Below are positions 1-9,492 of a stretch of 64,000 nt of DNA, one piece after another. The notes under the pieces are model-generated. The model was given only the letters and a program-made list of their open reading frames with translations. It was not told the origin of the DNA and did not search any database. The translations under genes and the position numbers were made by a program. Source of the DNA: Takakia lepidozioides (lineage: Eukaryota > Plantae > Bryophyta); NCBI GenBank assembly GCA_030704615.1, contig CM060732.1, positions 68,448,001-68,512,000 of the forward strand, read 5' to 3'. Within the stretch, counting starts at the first letter, position 1. Each line of letters begins with the position of its first letter.

Positions 1-50
1 ACTATCCGAAAAGGATGGGCGTACCATTGTATGTGGACCGCAAGCCAAGC

Positions 51-1480
51 TCACTGGTCCCCTGGATCCATATTCAGAAGAGTGTCAACCTCCTGGGGGC
101 TCAACCCTGGTGCATGTATGAAGTGATGAGTTGTGGAATTACAACGGAGTCTCTTTAGGTACACGTAGTACAAATGCTTGCAAGGGCAGTATGATGCCCC
201 CTTGTTCGCCATGATCTGGAAGTCGGTGCAATTGCAGGTGGGTAATTCTGAAATGGTGATGGTGTACACCTCATTGCGAACAGCTGAGCCCGCCGTGGCC
301 ATTTGATACACACGCCCGAATCCTGGTGGGGGCACTTCTGTCGAGCTCTGGATTGTACAGTTCATCCGAAGTGCATTCCCCATCCTTGTCTCGTTCACTT
401 TTGAGGGAGGTCGCCGCCTCTTCGGTTTCCCCCAACGGTGTGTAGGATGCTTAGAGCTGTCGTGTCCCATTGTTCTTGCTCTCACAGGGGTCGGTGGTGG
501 AGGCTGTGGAAGCGGAAATGGTTCTCTGGGGACGTCAGTGCGCTGCACCATCCGAAATCCTGCGGCGGTAAGGGCGTCGGCCTCAACCTGACTCAGATCG
601 CAGCCTGGTTCCACCGGCCACACCGGGGGAGCCTCTGGCATTGTTTGTATGCCGTACTTGGGCTTTCCATACACGCAAGTCATAATGTCATGCCTGCAGA
701 ACCAGAACTGGGTGGTTGTCGCCTCCGCAAACTTTGCATGGACAAATCTTCCTATAAAAGTAGGAGCAGGGACAGCCCCATCTGGATTCCTCCTTATCAT
801 CTCTAAACAACGTTGCCGTGTATCCACACGAATTGCGGAACACCTTCCTCGAAACGACGGCTTTGTGCGAGCAATTCTCCACTGTGATGCAGACACAGTC
901 GTCTCCACAATGGCTTGGCCATACTGCATAACAGCGGGCGGAATGTGGGGCAAGGGAGTGGTGGGAATTTGTTGCACGAAATCCCCGGTTGAAGGCGACG
1001 GCGATCTGGAATTTCTTGGGCTTCCACTGCTGGAAGACACATTGTGCGGCAACATGACGGGACCTCGAGGTGCTGTCCGAATGTTCCTGTCGGATCTCCA
1101 GGAATCCTCTTCGCACCCGGGTTCCTCTTCAATCCTCCGCCTGACAGGGCGAGTCCGGACGTCCCCCTCTAGGTGTTCACCTCTGCGGTGCAGAGGCGTC
1201 CCTTTGATCTTCTCTCGCAATGCTGTCGCCCATTTCACTGGATTCTTGGACCTCGAAGCTGTTCGTACCAACAATTCCTCCCTGTCCAGCCCAAAGCCCC
1301 ATTGTTTGCCGCTCAGGAACTTGTAGTACGTGGCTTGCTGCATGATTGCTCTGTCGATGTCCTCCGTTGTGGCGTCACTACGTCCACCAGATGTGCGGCA
1401 GAAGACGCTCGCCAGGAGGAGTGGACCGATTCACCCATATTCGTGTTCGGCATGTCCGTGTCGGAATCCAAGCACCGCTC
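51..1480 (-). pseudogene. 3' exon of family-1 MULE transposase (catalytic E region, Cys-rich domain, C-terminal SWIM Zn finger); frameshift near 1375
   Basis: After the splice acceptor at 1481-1482 it reads MPNTNMGESVHSSW, homologous to MPSCNLAETVHNAW of family 2. Ends in SWIM motif PTCNCTDF...YCPCKHLYYV. Confidence 0.85.
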
Positions 1481-1561
1481 CTAGAAGGACACAAACAATG
1501 GTGAGGGACCAATCGAAATGTCCGTAACAGAAAGACAAATGAACGAAATTGACAGCAGCCT

Positions 1562-1888
1562 TGTCAAGTTATTTTACCACTAGTGTGAAACTAGCTAGGA
1601 AATAGCTAGCTTTTACATATTGACATTTGGGATTGGCCCAAGTGTCAATCCAGGGGTCAAAGCAGATTTAGGCCCTGGAGTGGTTATCTTCACGGCAAGC
1701 GCGGGAGGCTCATCTTTCTCGAGTTGAGCCTCACCGCGCCTAGCTATGGCGCCGTAGTGTGGATTCCCCATGGCGTGGGGTGCACTTGGCTTGACTTGTA
1801 TTTGAGTGATGAGGTTATATATGCATGAGTTTATGCTTCAGCTTTGTGAGCTCGCATGAGCTCGTGCTTGTATTCTTCTTCTTTATCA
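1562..1888 (+). repeat. Terminal repeat B, copy 1 (327 bp, TG...CA)
   Basis: Identical by eye to 13078-13404. Contains a TATA-like TTATATAT near 1815 and several hairpins. Confidence 0.95.
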
Positions 1889-3227
1889 CTCGAGAAAGAT
1901 CAGCTCGTATCTGTGAGTGCCAGATACGAGTTAGTTGTAGCACTTGTGGTTTTTGCTTGAGAATGAGAGAAACCAAGTTGTTATGCAAGGAGCACCGTGG
2001 AGCTCTTAGTTGTTAGAAGCGGAGGCGATGTGGGTTACGAGGTGGTAGACCTTGGCATTCGATCTTCAGCTTCAGAGATGAAAGCACCATGCTGCAGGTA
2101 ATTCCAGAGCACCTTGATGGTTCCAGATTGTGTACATGCATGAGCAAGCACGATTGGGAAGAGGACCAGTCAAGAGCAGGTTATAGTGGCTTTGGTGGCA
2201 AAGCTGAGAACTGGACTTGGGAATGCGAGCTTTCATTGTGTGAAGGATTGCAAGACCAAGCGAAAGGGCTGATTTTGCTTGGGGCAAATCAGTGCACTTT
2301 GTGGAGTATGGTGAGATTGGGTTTCAATCTCGAGCTTCAGCATTGAGAGGGCTCTTGTCATGGCAAGAGCAGGGCTGGAACAGGAGCTAAGAGGTGCGGC
2401 AAGGCCATGGAATGTGCACCTAGGGTTTCAGAGCTTGGAAGAAGAGTTCTTGCACCACAAGAGAAGTGTCTTGTGGCTGGAAATGTAAGCCTTAGGGTTT
2501 CAGGAGCTTGGCAAAGGCTATGGAGTGCTTAGTCTTCTCATAGAGAGCATCAAGGAGCCAAGGAGCCAAGATAGGGGGCTGATATCTCTTGTGTGAAGAG
2601 GTTGCATGTGTGGAGCATGTATTCAGCTCATTGAAGCTTCCATCTTCAAGCTTGGAGGGCAAGCAAGGAAGAGGGAAGGGCTGACTTCCCTTATATGAGG
2701 GCAATGCATGTGTGGAGCATGCTATCAGCCTGGTGAAGGCTTGCACTTTCAGGTGTGGGAGTGCAAGAAAGGAAGGTCTAGGGCTGGTTTCCACTTGGAG
2801 TGAAAGAAAAGCACTTGTAGGGCCTATGTGAGTTGGGGTTTCAACTTCAAGCTTGAAGGGAGCGCAACTCTTGAAGCAACAGGTGTAGAGGGCTGGAATA
2901 GGCTCTAAGACAGATGCTATGGCCAATGAGGGGAGTGCTTGAATGAGTGCTCACAAGGGCTGGGAACCAGCAGGGCTTGGTTGTTTGCCATTGAGTTTAG
3001 TGGCGTGTTTGGGGAGGCTAAGTGAGAAAGAAGGCTTGGTTTGTGGCAACCACCTCATGGCTTAGGGCTACTATGGTGGTGTGTGGGAGCCGAAAGAGCA
3101 AGGGTACCTTGCTGATTTCCTCACAGCCACCATAGCTCGGTGGAAAGAAGCCTAGAGTCCAAGAGACACAAACCCTAGCTTGGCGTGGCTAAACCCTTGG
3201 AGAAATGGCTAAACTGCCAGAGCGGCC

Positions 3228-4575
3228 AGGTGTGGGGCTGTGACAGGCTGTGGCAAGCTGTGACGGGCTGTGGCAAGCTGTGACAGGCTGTGATGGGCTG
3301 TGTCAGGCTGTGACAGGTTGTGCCCAGTGGCCTTTGGGGCTGTGACGGGCTGTGCGGGGCTGTGACAGGCTGTGCCCAGTGGCCTGTGGGGCTGTGACGG
3401 GCTGTGACAGGCTGTGATGGGCTGTGACGGGCTGTGTCAGGCTGTGACAGGCTGTGCCAGTGGCCTTTGGGCTGTGACGGGCAGTGACAGGCCATGCCTG
3501 AGGCCTTTGGGGCTGTGACGGGCTGTGAGGGGCTGTGACAGGCTGTGCCCTGTGCCCTGTGGGGCTGTGACGGGCTGTGTCAGGCTGTGGCGAGCTGTGA
3601 CGGGCTGTGACAGGCTGTGCCCAGTGGCCTGTGGGGCTGTGACGGGCTGTGACAGGCTGTGGCAAGCTGTGACCGGCTGTGATGGGCTGTGATGGGCTGT
3701 GACAGGCTGTGCCCTGTGCCCTGTGGGGCTGTGACGGGCTGTGTCAGGCTGTGACAGGCTGTGCCCAGTGGCCTTTGGGGCTGTGACGGGCTGTGCGGGG
3801 CTGTGACAGGCTGTGCCCTGAGGCCTATGGGGCTGTGACGGGCTGTGACAGGCTGTGGCGAGCTGTGACAGGCTGTGCCCATGGCCTTTGGGGCTGTGAC
3901 GGGCTGTGAGGGGCTGTGACAGGCCGTGCCTGAGGCCTTTGAGGCTGTGACGGGCTGCGAGGGGCTGTGACAGGCCGTGCCCATGGCCTTTGGGGCTGTG
4001 ACGGGCTGTGAGGGGCTGTGACAGGCCGTGCCTGGGGCCTTTGGGGCTGTGACGGGCTGTGAGGGGCTGTGACAGGCCGTGCCCATGGCCTTTGGGGCTG
4101 TGACGGGCTGTGAGGGGCTGTGACAGGCCGTGCCTGAGGCCTTTGAGGCTGTGACGGGCTGTGAGGGGCTGTGACAGGCCGTGCCCTAGGCCTTTGAGGC
4201 TGTGACGGGCTGTGATGGGCTGTGATGGGCTGTGACAGGCTGTGCCCTGTGCCCTGTGAGGCTGTGACGGGCTGTGAGGGGCTGTGACAGGCCGTGCCCA
4301 TGGCCTTTGGGGCTGTGAGGGGCTGTGAGGGCTGTGACAGGCCGTGCCCATGGCCTTTGGGGCTGTGAGGGGCTGTGAGGGGCTGTGACAGGCCGTGCCT
4401 GAGGCCTTTGGGGCTGTGACGGGCTGTGAGGGGCTGTGACAGGCCGTGCCCATGGCCTTTGGGGCTGTGACGGGCTGTGAGGGGCTGTGACAGGCCGTGC
4501 CTGAGGCCTTTGAGGCGGTGACAGGCTGTGAGGGGCTGCGACAGGCTGTGCCCAGTGGCCTGTGGGACTGTGACG
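3228..4575. repeat. Minisatellite of 10-bp GGCTGTGAC(A/G) units with a higher-order unit of about 57-60 bp, inside the Gypsy 5' leader
   Basis: Directly visible tandem ggctgtgacg/ggctgtgaca/ggctgtgagg blocks punctuated by gtgccc...ggcctttgg. Confidence 0.95.
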
Positions 4576-5319
4576 GCCTGACCAGTGAGCTGTGTGGGCC
4601 TGTGCTGGTCTGTGGTGGCCCGTGTTGACCTGTGGACGGCCTGTGCTGACTCGTGGAGGCACTGGTGGACTGCCTAAGCACTGGCATGTGGTCTGGAAGG
4701 CCAAATTTTGAAGCTCGTGGAGGGCGGTTTGAGGAGTATCTTCATGATATTCCCATGGTCATGCAAGTGAGGATAGAGAGGAGAGGCAGAGTGTTGGGAT
4801 GAGAGCATGCTGGGGTTAGGCATTGCTTTAGCTTCTCTTCCTCGTAGTTTCCACCCTCTCATTAGGCCAAGACCTTTCCGTAGGTGGAGGCAAGAGTCAG
4901 TCCGGGTTTGGGCTGGGGTGTCCTTGCAGGAGCAACACCGTGGAGTTGTTTTTGGTGTGGGGGAGTTGTCGATCTGATTTCTTGTGTTTGGATCCCCTCC
5001 ATACCTGCATGCTTGATTGTGCGCCATGCTAGTTTTGTGTGGGCGCTTGTTTTTATAGGTGATTGGTCTGGATTTGATCACCGGCCAGTCCTAGAGCATG
5101 CTGTCGATGGTGAGGCTGGGGTGATGACCAGCCAGACCATCATTGTTTCTCCTGTGGTGAGGTTGGAGGTGATGACCAGCCAACCATAGGAGTGCTTGTG
5201 GTGGATGCAGGTACAGGTGTAGGCTATGTTAGGAACTTAGTATTCCAAACCATAAGCCGCAACAGGTTCTCTACCCGGTTATCTTGTGAAGAGGGGGTTA
5301 GGGACATGTTCATGACCGG

Positions 5320-8300
5320 TTGAGTGTCAACACGGAGGTGCCACTAGTTGCTGGGGACAGTGCCGGTTCGAGCACTAGCGATACTAGTGGGTACACGAGA
5401 CGAGGTGTGCGGTTTAGGCCACCTTCACCTCCTGTGTCTTCTACGGAAGGTTCTGATTCGGATTGTGAATCGGGAGGACTCATACCGGCGGTGCAAGTTG
5501 TTTCTTTGCCATTGTTGTGGGACACAATGGAGGAGATGTATGGAGCTACCAAGGGGCCACGAAGGTACTCTGGGGCGGTGGGCACCATTGAGTTGGATGA
5601 TTTTATCCAAGAGTTTGATAGTTGGTGTGATTTGCAGCAAATGCGCAATCCACAACTATTTACGCCGTTCATGGCATGGAAAGGGCTGTTTCAGCACCTT
5701 GAGGGGCCGCCTATGGATGATTACCATGAGTTCAGGCGGGGGCATGAGGTTGAGATCGAGGAGTGGAGGATGTACTGGTCACCCGACTATGTCTCCATCA
5801 CTAGGGGCACTAGAGCCACGAGGGCAGTGGCTACACCTGCCGCTGCACCGGCAGCTTCAGCAAGCAGCAGTGGGACTGGTGGTATAGTAGCTACGACGTC
5901 CACCCAAGCCACTACCGCACCAGCACTAGCACCCGTGCCTGCCTTCAACCCTGTCGTGGAGTTCTTCGAAGAGTTGAGAGGGAACTACCAAGGGGTGAGG
6001 ACAGAGAAGTTGCGGAGCTTGCAAGAGTTCCAACGGAAGCCGACCGAGAGCTTGAGGGAGGCTTTCACTCGCATGAGGCGCTTGATAAATGTAACCCAAG
6101 GGGTTACGGAAGCTCAGGCAGTCCAATTCTGGTATGGGATATTGGACAAGGAGCTGAGGAGAAAGGTGCGGGATGCAACTCTCCTACAAGCGGCCCAACC
6201 CACCTTAGCAAATGTGTTTTTGCTGGCAGAGCGGATAGAGCTCAACATGGTGGAGGAACGAGTGGTCATGGTGGGATTTGCTAAGGAGACACCACGGGGT
6301 AGTGGTGCTCCTAGCCAACCACCACCTCAACGTGCTCAAGGCAACAAGGGGGCTCAGGTGAAGCTCAGGGAAGGGCAGAAAGGACCTCAGATGCAGGGGT
6401 CTCTCCCTTCATTTGCTGGCCAACAACGGGCGGATGTGGTGTGCTGGACATGTGGAGGACCCCATGTCAAGAAGGATTGTCCAGAGGGAGGCAAAGGGCC
6501 GGCACATGCACAGCCTGCACAGTTACAGTGTGGGCATTGTGGCAAACACGGGCATGGAGAGGCTCAGTGTTATGGTTTGCATCCTGAGTTGTGCCCAGGC
6601 CAGTTCCAAGGGAACAATGGTGGCCGGGGGCGAGGTGGAGCAGCCCAGAGGGGACGAGGTGGCCAGCCACGAGGTGCAGGCCAAGGGCAAGCTCAACGTG
6701 GCCAAGGACGCGGAGGTCAGGGTGTTGACCAAGGCATGGCCAACCGGCTTCAGCAGCTAGAGCAGAGGCTCGCTGCCATGGCTACAGCTCAGGTGGTACC
6801 GGCTCTAAGGTCGGATGGTCCACCTCCTGCTCCTGAGGGAGGAGATATGGGAGGCATGGGATTCATGTGTGGAGCAGCACTACCACTAGTGCAGGTGGAG
6901 TCTGCTGCAGCCGTGACTCGAGGAGCAGCACGAGTTCCTGAGCCACGAGGTGCAGAGGTGGAGTTGGATCCACAGCGTGGGGAGGCAAGCCGTCAGGCTA
7001 GGCTTCCTCAGTCATTCACATTGGCGGAGACAGTGTCGACGCCATCCATGGCACCTAGTTCTCGCCCGACTGTTACCGAGGCGGAGGTCACTATGCCATT
7101 GGGGAGAGCTACACAGGTAGCACCACTACCTAGTGTTGCCAAGGCTATGGCAGCTAGTGTGCTGCTAGGAGCGGCCACATCTGTGTGCCAGGCTCCATTG
7201 TTCTCGGCTACCATGATTGCGACGCCGGGGGTAAGACCAGCTGAGGTGTTCAGGCTGGCAGCTACACTCTGTGAGAGTGGGGAGGTTACTTCATCTTCTG
7301 CGGAGATAGTGGGAGGTGTAGTGCCGGAGGGATCCTCGGATTTGAGGGTCAAGACTGCCACGGCTGCGCCATGGCAAGCTGCAGCTGCCAGGTTGATGGA
7401 GCTGCCAGCTAGGCCAGCCATTGAGCGCGCCATGGTGACACCTGGAGTTGTCATGTTAGACAACCAGGATGGCATTTTCTGTTTGAGTGGACCGGCAGGC
7501 AAGAGGTACCGGCCACTGCGAGTCTTGTTGGACTCGGGAGCTCAGCCACTGATGCTGGGCAGAGCTGCTATTGCAGGCTTGGGCCTCACGGAGGCGGATA
7601 TGGAGCCTTGTCCTTTCCAGATACAGACGTCTCTCGGAGGATCGGAGCAGGCTCGGGGCATGACACGGCATGAGTTGGCTATCAGACTACGGCCGGATCA
7701 CCCTACAGATGGCTCAGTGATGCGAGCCAAGGCCATTGTGACAGACGCAGTCTCATACGATGTCCTGGTTGGTGGGGCAGTGTTGTACCCCATGGGCTTC
7801 ACCCTGGATTTTTGGGAGGAGTCAGCTTCCTATAGGCCTGCATGGCAGTCAGGGGAGGGCCGGCGTGCGCAGCTCCCTGTGACGTTCATAGGAGGAGTTG
7901 CGGTTGCCCAGCGAGGCAAGATGCCGACACTAGCAGCATTCACAGCGGCAGTGAGTTGGCCTAGAGAGTTGCTTGAGGGCAATGCTCATTCAGAGGATGT
8001 ACCACCTTCGGGAGAGCAGGATGACATGTATGGTATGGCGGAGTTGCCTACCATGGTTGCTCAGACTCCATTGTGGGGCACGAGCAAGGATTTGCAGCGG
8101 GATGCTGATCGACGGGTGCAACAAGCCTGGGTGGAGGCTTTTGTACCGTCAGGAGAGGAGGAGAGTGTGGAGATTGCACCAGGACCACCTCAATTGTCTC
8201 CATTGGACACCACACCTATTGTGTGGCAGTCTCCGGATGAAGGCATTTGTCTTCTGGACTTGTTTGGCGGGATCAGCACCGGATTGGCTGCTGTGTTACA

Positions 8301-9492
8301 GGCAGGTGTACGAGTTCGGCGTTACCTGTATATGGAGAGGGATGAGACTGCACGACGCGTTTCACTTCGCCATGTTGCTCAGTTGGTGCAGCGGTACCCT
8401 GAGTTGTTGTCTGTGTCTGCAATTCGTGGATATCAGCAGGCCTTGCCAGCAGACATTTCGTTGCTGGGGGCGCAGGATTTGGAGCGGGTTGGCTCCATTG
8501 ATCTGGTAGTGGCAGGTTGGCCCTGCCAAGGGCATTCATCAGCCGGGCATGGCAATGGATTGCGAGACTCGAGGTCGGGTCTGTTTTGGGAGATGGTGCG
8601 GGTTTTGCGCCACTTGCAGCTTCATCAAGCTGTATCTCCAGCATACATCTTGGAGAATGTGCCACTGATGGGCAATTCTCGGGCCAGGGTGATGGCCAGT
8701 GTGCATCAAGTCCGGTCGTGGCTTGGGTCAGCAGTGTTGCTGGATGCAGCTACAGTGGGGTCACGGGCTCATCGTCCACGGCTATGGTGGACTAACATGA
8801 TGCCACCTGCACTGCTCAAGCGTGCATTTGATGGGGTGCAGCGGCCAGCACATCTCACAGTGGATAACATTCTGGACACAGGGAGGCAGTCTCAACGTGT
8901 GAGACACGATGACCGTTCGCCTTTGGCAGTGGTCAACAAGGTGGGTCAACCACGAGCAGCATTACCTACACTGCTCAGCTTCCCAGGATCGCATGCTTTC
9001 CGGGATAGTGGACCTGGCCTCCTGTGGGATGCTCAGTTGCAGCAGTTAGTGGAGCCTAATGCTGACGAGCGTGAGCGGGCAATGGGTTTTACCACTGGTA
9101 CCACGGCGGTGTCGTCTCTTTCTGAGGCATCACGTCGTCAAGTGTTGGGGCAAGCAATGGATCTCAATTGCTTGACCTGGATTATCAGCTTGGCTCTAGC
9201 TGAGCAACGCAGAGTGCGGAATACACTTCCCTCAATGGTCTCTCTGCCTACCGAGACGGTACAGGCAGTGAGTGGGGGCGAGCATATGAGGACCACGGGG
9301 TGCATGCATCCATGGCACACGTGGGAGGTGCTCGAGGTTCAGAGGGAGTTGGCAGCCAAGGCGGCTGTGATGGATGAGGTTGGGGATTCTTCTCGAGTTG
9401 AGGAGGTCCTCAAGGATGAGATGATGGGGCAGGATGATGCCTTGTCATTGACTGAGCAGGTAGGGAGTACTGCTCAAGAGGTTGCAGCATAG
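5320..9492 (+). CDS. Gag - zinc knuckles - aspartic protease - DNMT3-like cytosine-5 methyltransferase polyprotein
   Basis: Knuckles CWTCGGPHVKKDC and CGHCGKHGHGEAQC; protease VLLDSGAQ. C5-MTase motifs at about 8240-9190: I (LDLFGGISTG), IV (AGWPCQ), VI (ILENVP), VIII (RAHRPRLWWTN), IX (ERERAMGF), X (RRQVLGQAM). First in-frame ATG is at 5527. Confidence 0.93.
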   Translation: MSVNTEVPLVAGDSAGSSTSDTSGYTRRGVRFRPPSPPVSSTEGSDSDCESGGLIPAVQVVSLPLLWDTMEEMYGATKGPRRYSGAVGTIELDDFIQEFDSWCDLQQMRNPQLFTPFMAWKGLFQHLEGPPMDDYHEFRRGHEVEIEEWRMYWSPDYVSITRGTRATRAVATPAAAPAASASSSGTGGIVATTSTQATTAPALAPVPAFNPVVEFFEELRGNYQGVRTEKLRSLQEFQRKPTESLREAFTRMRRLINVTQGVTEAQAVQFWYGILDKELRRKVRDATLLQAAQPTLANVFLLAERIELNMVEERVVMVGFAKETPRGSGAPSQPPPQRAQGNKGAQVKLREGQKGPQMQGSLPSFAGQQRADVVCWTCGGPHVKKDCPEGGKGPAHAQPAQLQCGHCGKHGHGEAQCYGLHPELCPGQFQGNNGGRGRGGAAQRGRGGQPRGAGQGQAQRGQGRGGQGVDQGMANRLQQLEQRLAAMATAQVVPALRSDGPPPAPEGGDMGGMGFMCGAALPLVQVESAAAVTRGAARVPEPRGAEVELDPQRGEASRQARLPQSFTLAETVSTPSMAPSSRPTVTEAEVTMPLGRATQVAPLPSVAKAMAASVLLGAATSVCQAPLFSATMIATPGVRPAEVFRLAATLCESGEVTSSSAEIVGGVVPEGSSDLRVKTATAAPWQAAAARLMELPARPAIERAMVTPGVVMLDNQDGIFCLSGPAGKRYRPLRVLLDSGAQPLMLGRAAIAGLGLTEADMEPCPFQIQTSLGGSEQARGMTRHELAIRLRPDHPTDGSVMRAKAIVTDAVSYDVLVGGAVLYPMGFTLDFWEESASYRPAWQSGEGRRAQLPVTFIGGVAVAQRGKMPTLAAFTAAVSWPRELLEGNAHSEDVPPSGEQDDMYGMAELPTMVAQTPLWGTSKDLQRDADRRVQQAWVEAFVPSGEEESVEIAPGPPQLSPLDTTPIVWQSPDEGICLLDLFGGISTGLAAVLQAGVRVRRYLYMERDETARRVSLRHVAQLVQRYPELLSVSAIRGYQQALPADISLLGAQDLERVGSIDLVVAGWPCQGHSSAGHGNGLRDSRSGLFWEMVRVLRHLQLHQAVSPAYILENVPLMGNSRARVMASVHQVRSWLGSAVLLDAATVGSRAHRPRLWWTNMMPPALLKRAFDGVQRPAHLTVDNILDTGRQSQRVRHDDRSPLAVVNKVGQPRAALPTLLSFPGSHAFRDSGPGLLWDAQLQQLVEPNADERERAMGFTTGTTAVSSLSEASRRQVLGQAMDLNCLTWIISLALAEQRRVRNTLPSMVSLPTETVQAVSGGEHMRTTGCMHPWHTWEVLEVQRELAAKAAVMDEVGDSSRVEEVLKDEMMGQDDALSLTEQVGSTAQEVAA

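Noticed and set aside
3175-4704. Repetitive ORFs (TACHSPSQPVTA...)
   Set aside because: They are translations of the 10-bp minisatellite in several frames.
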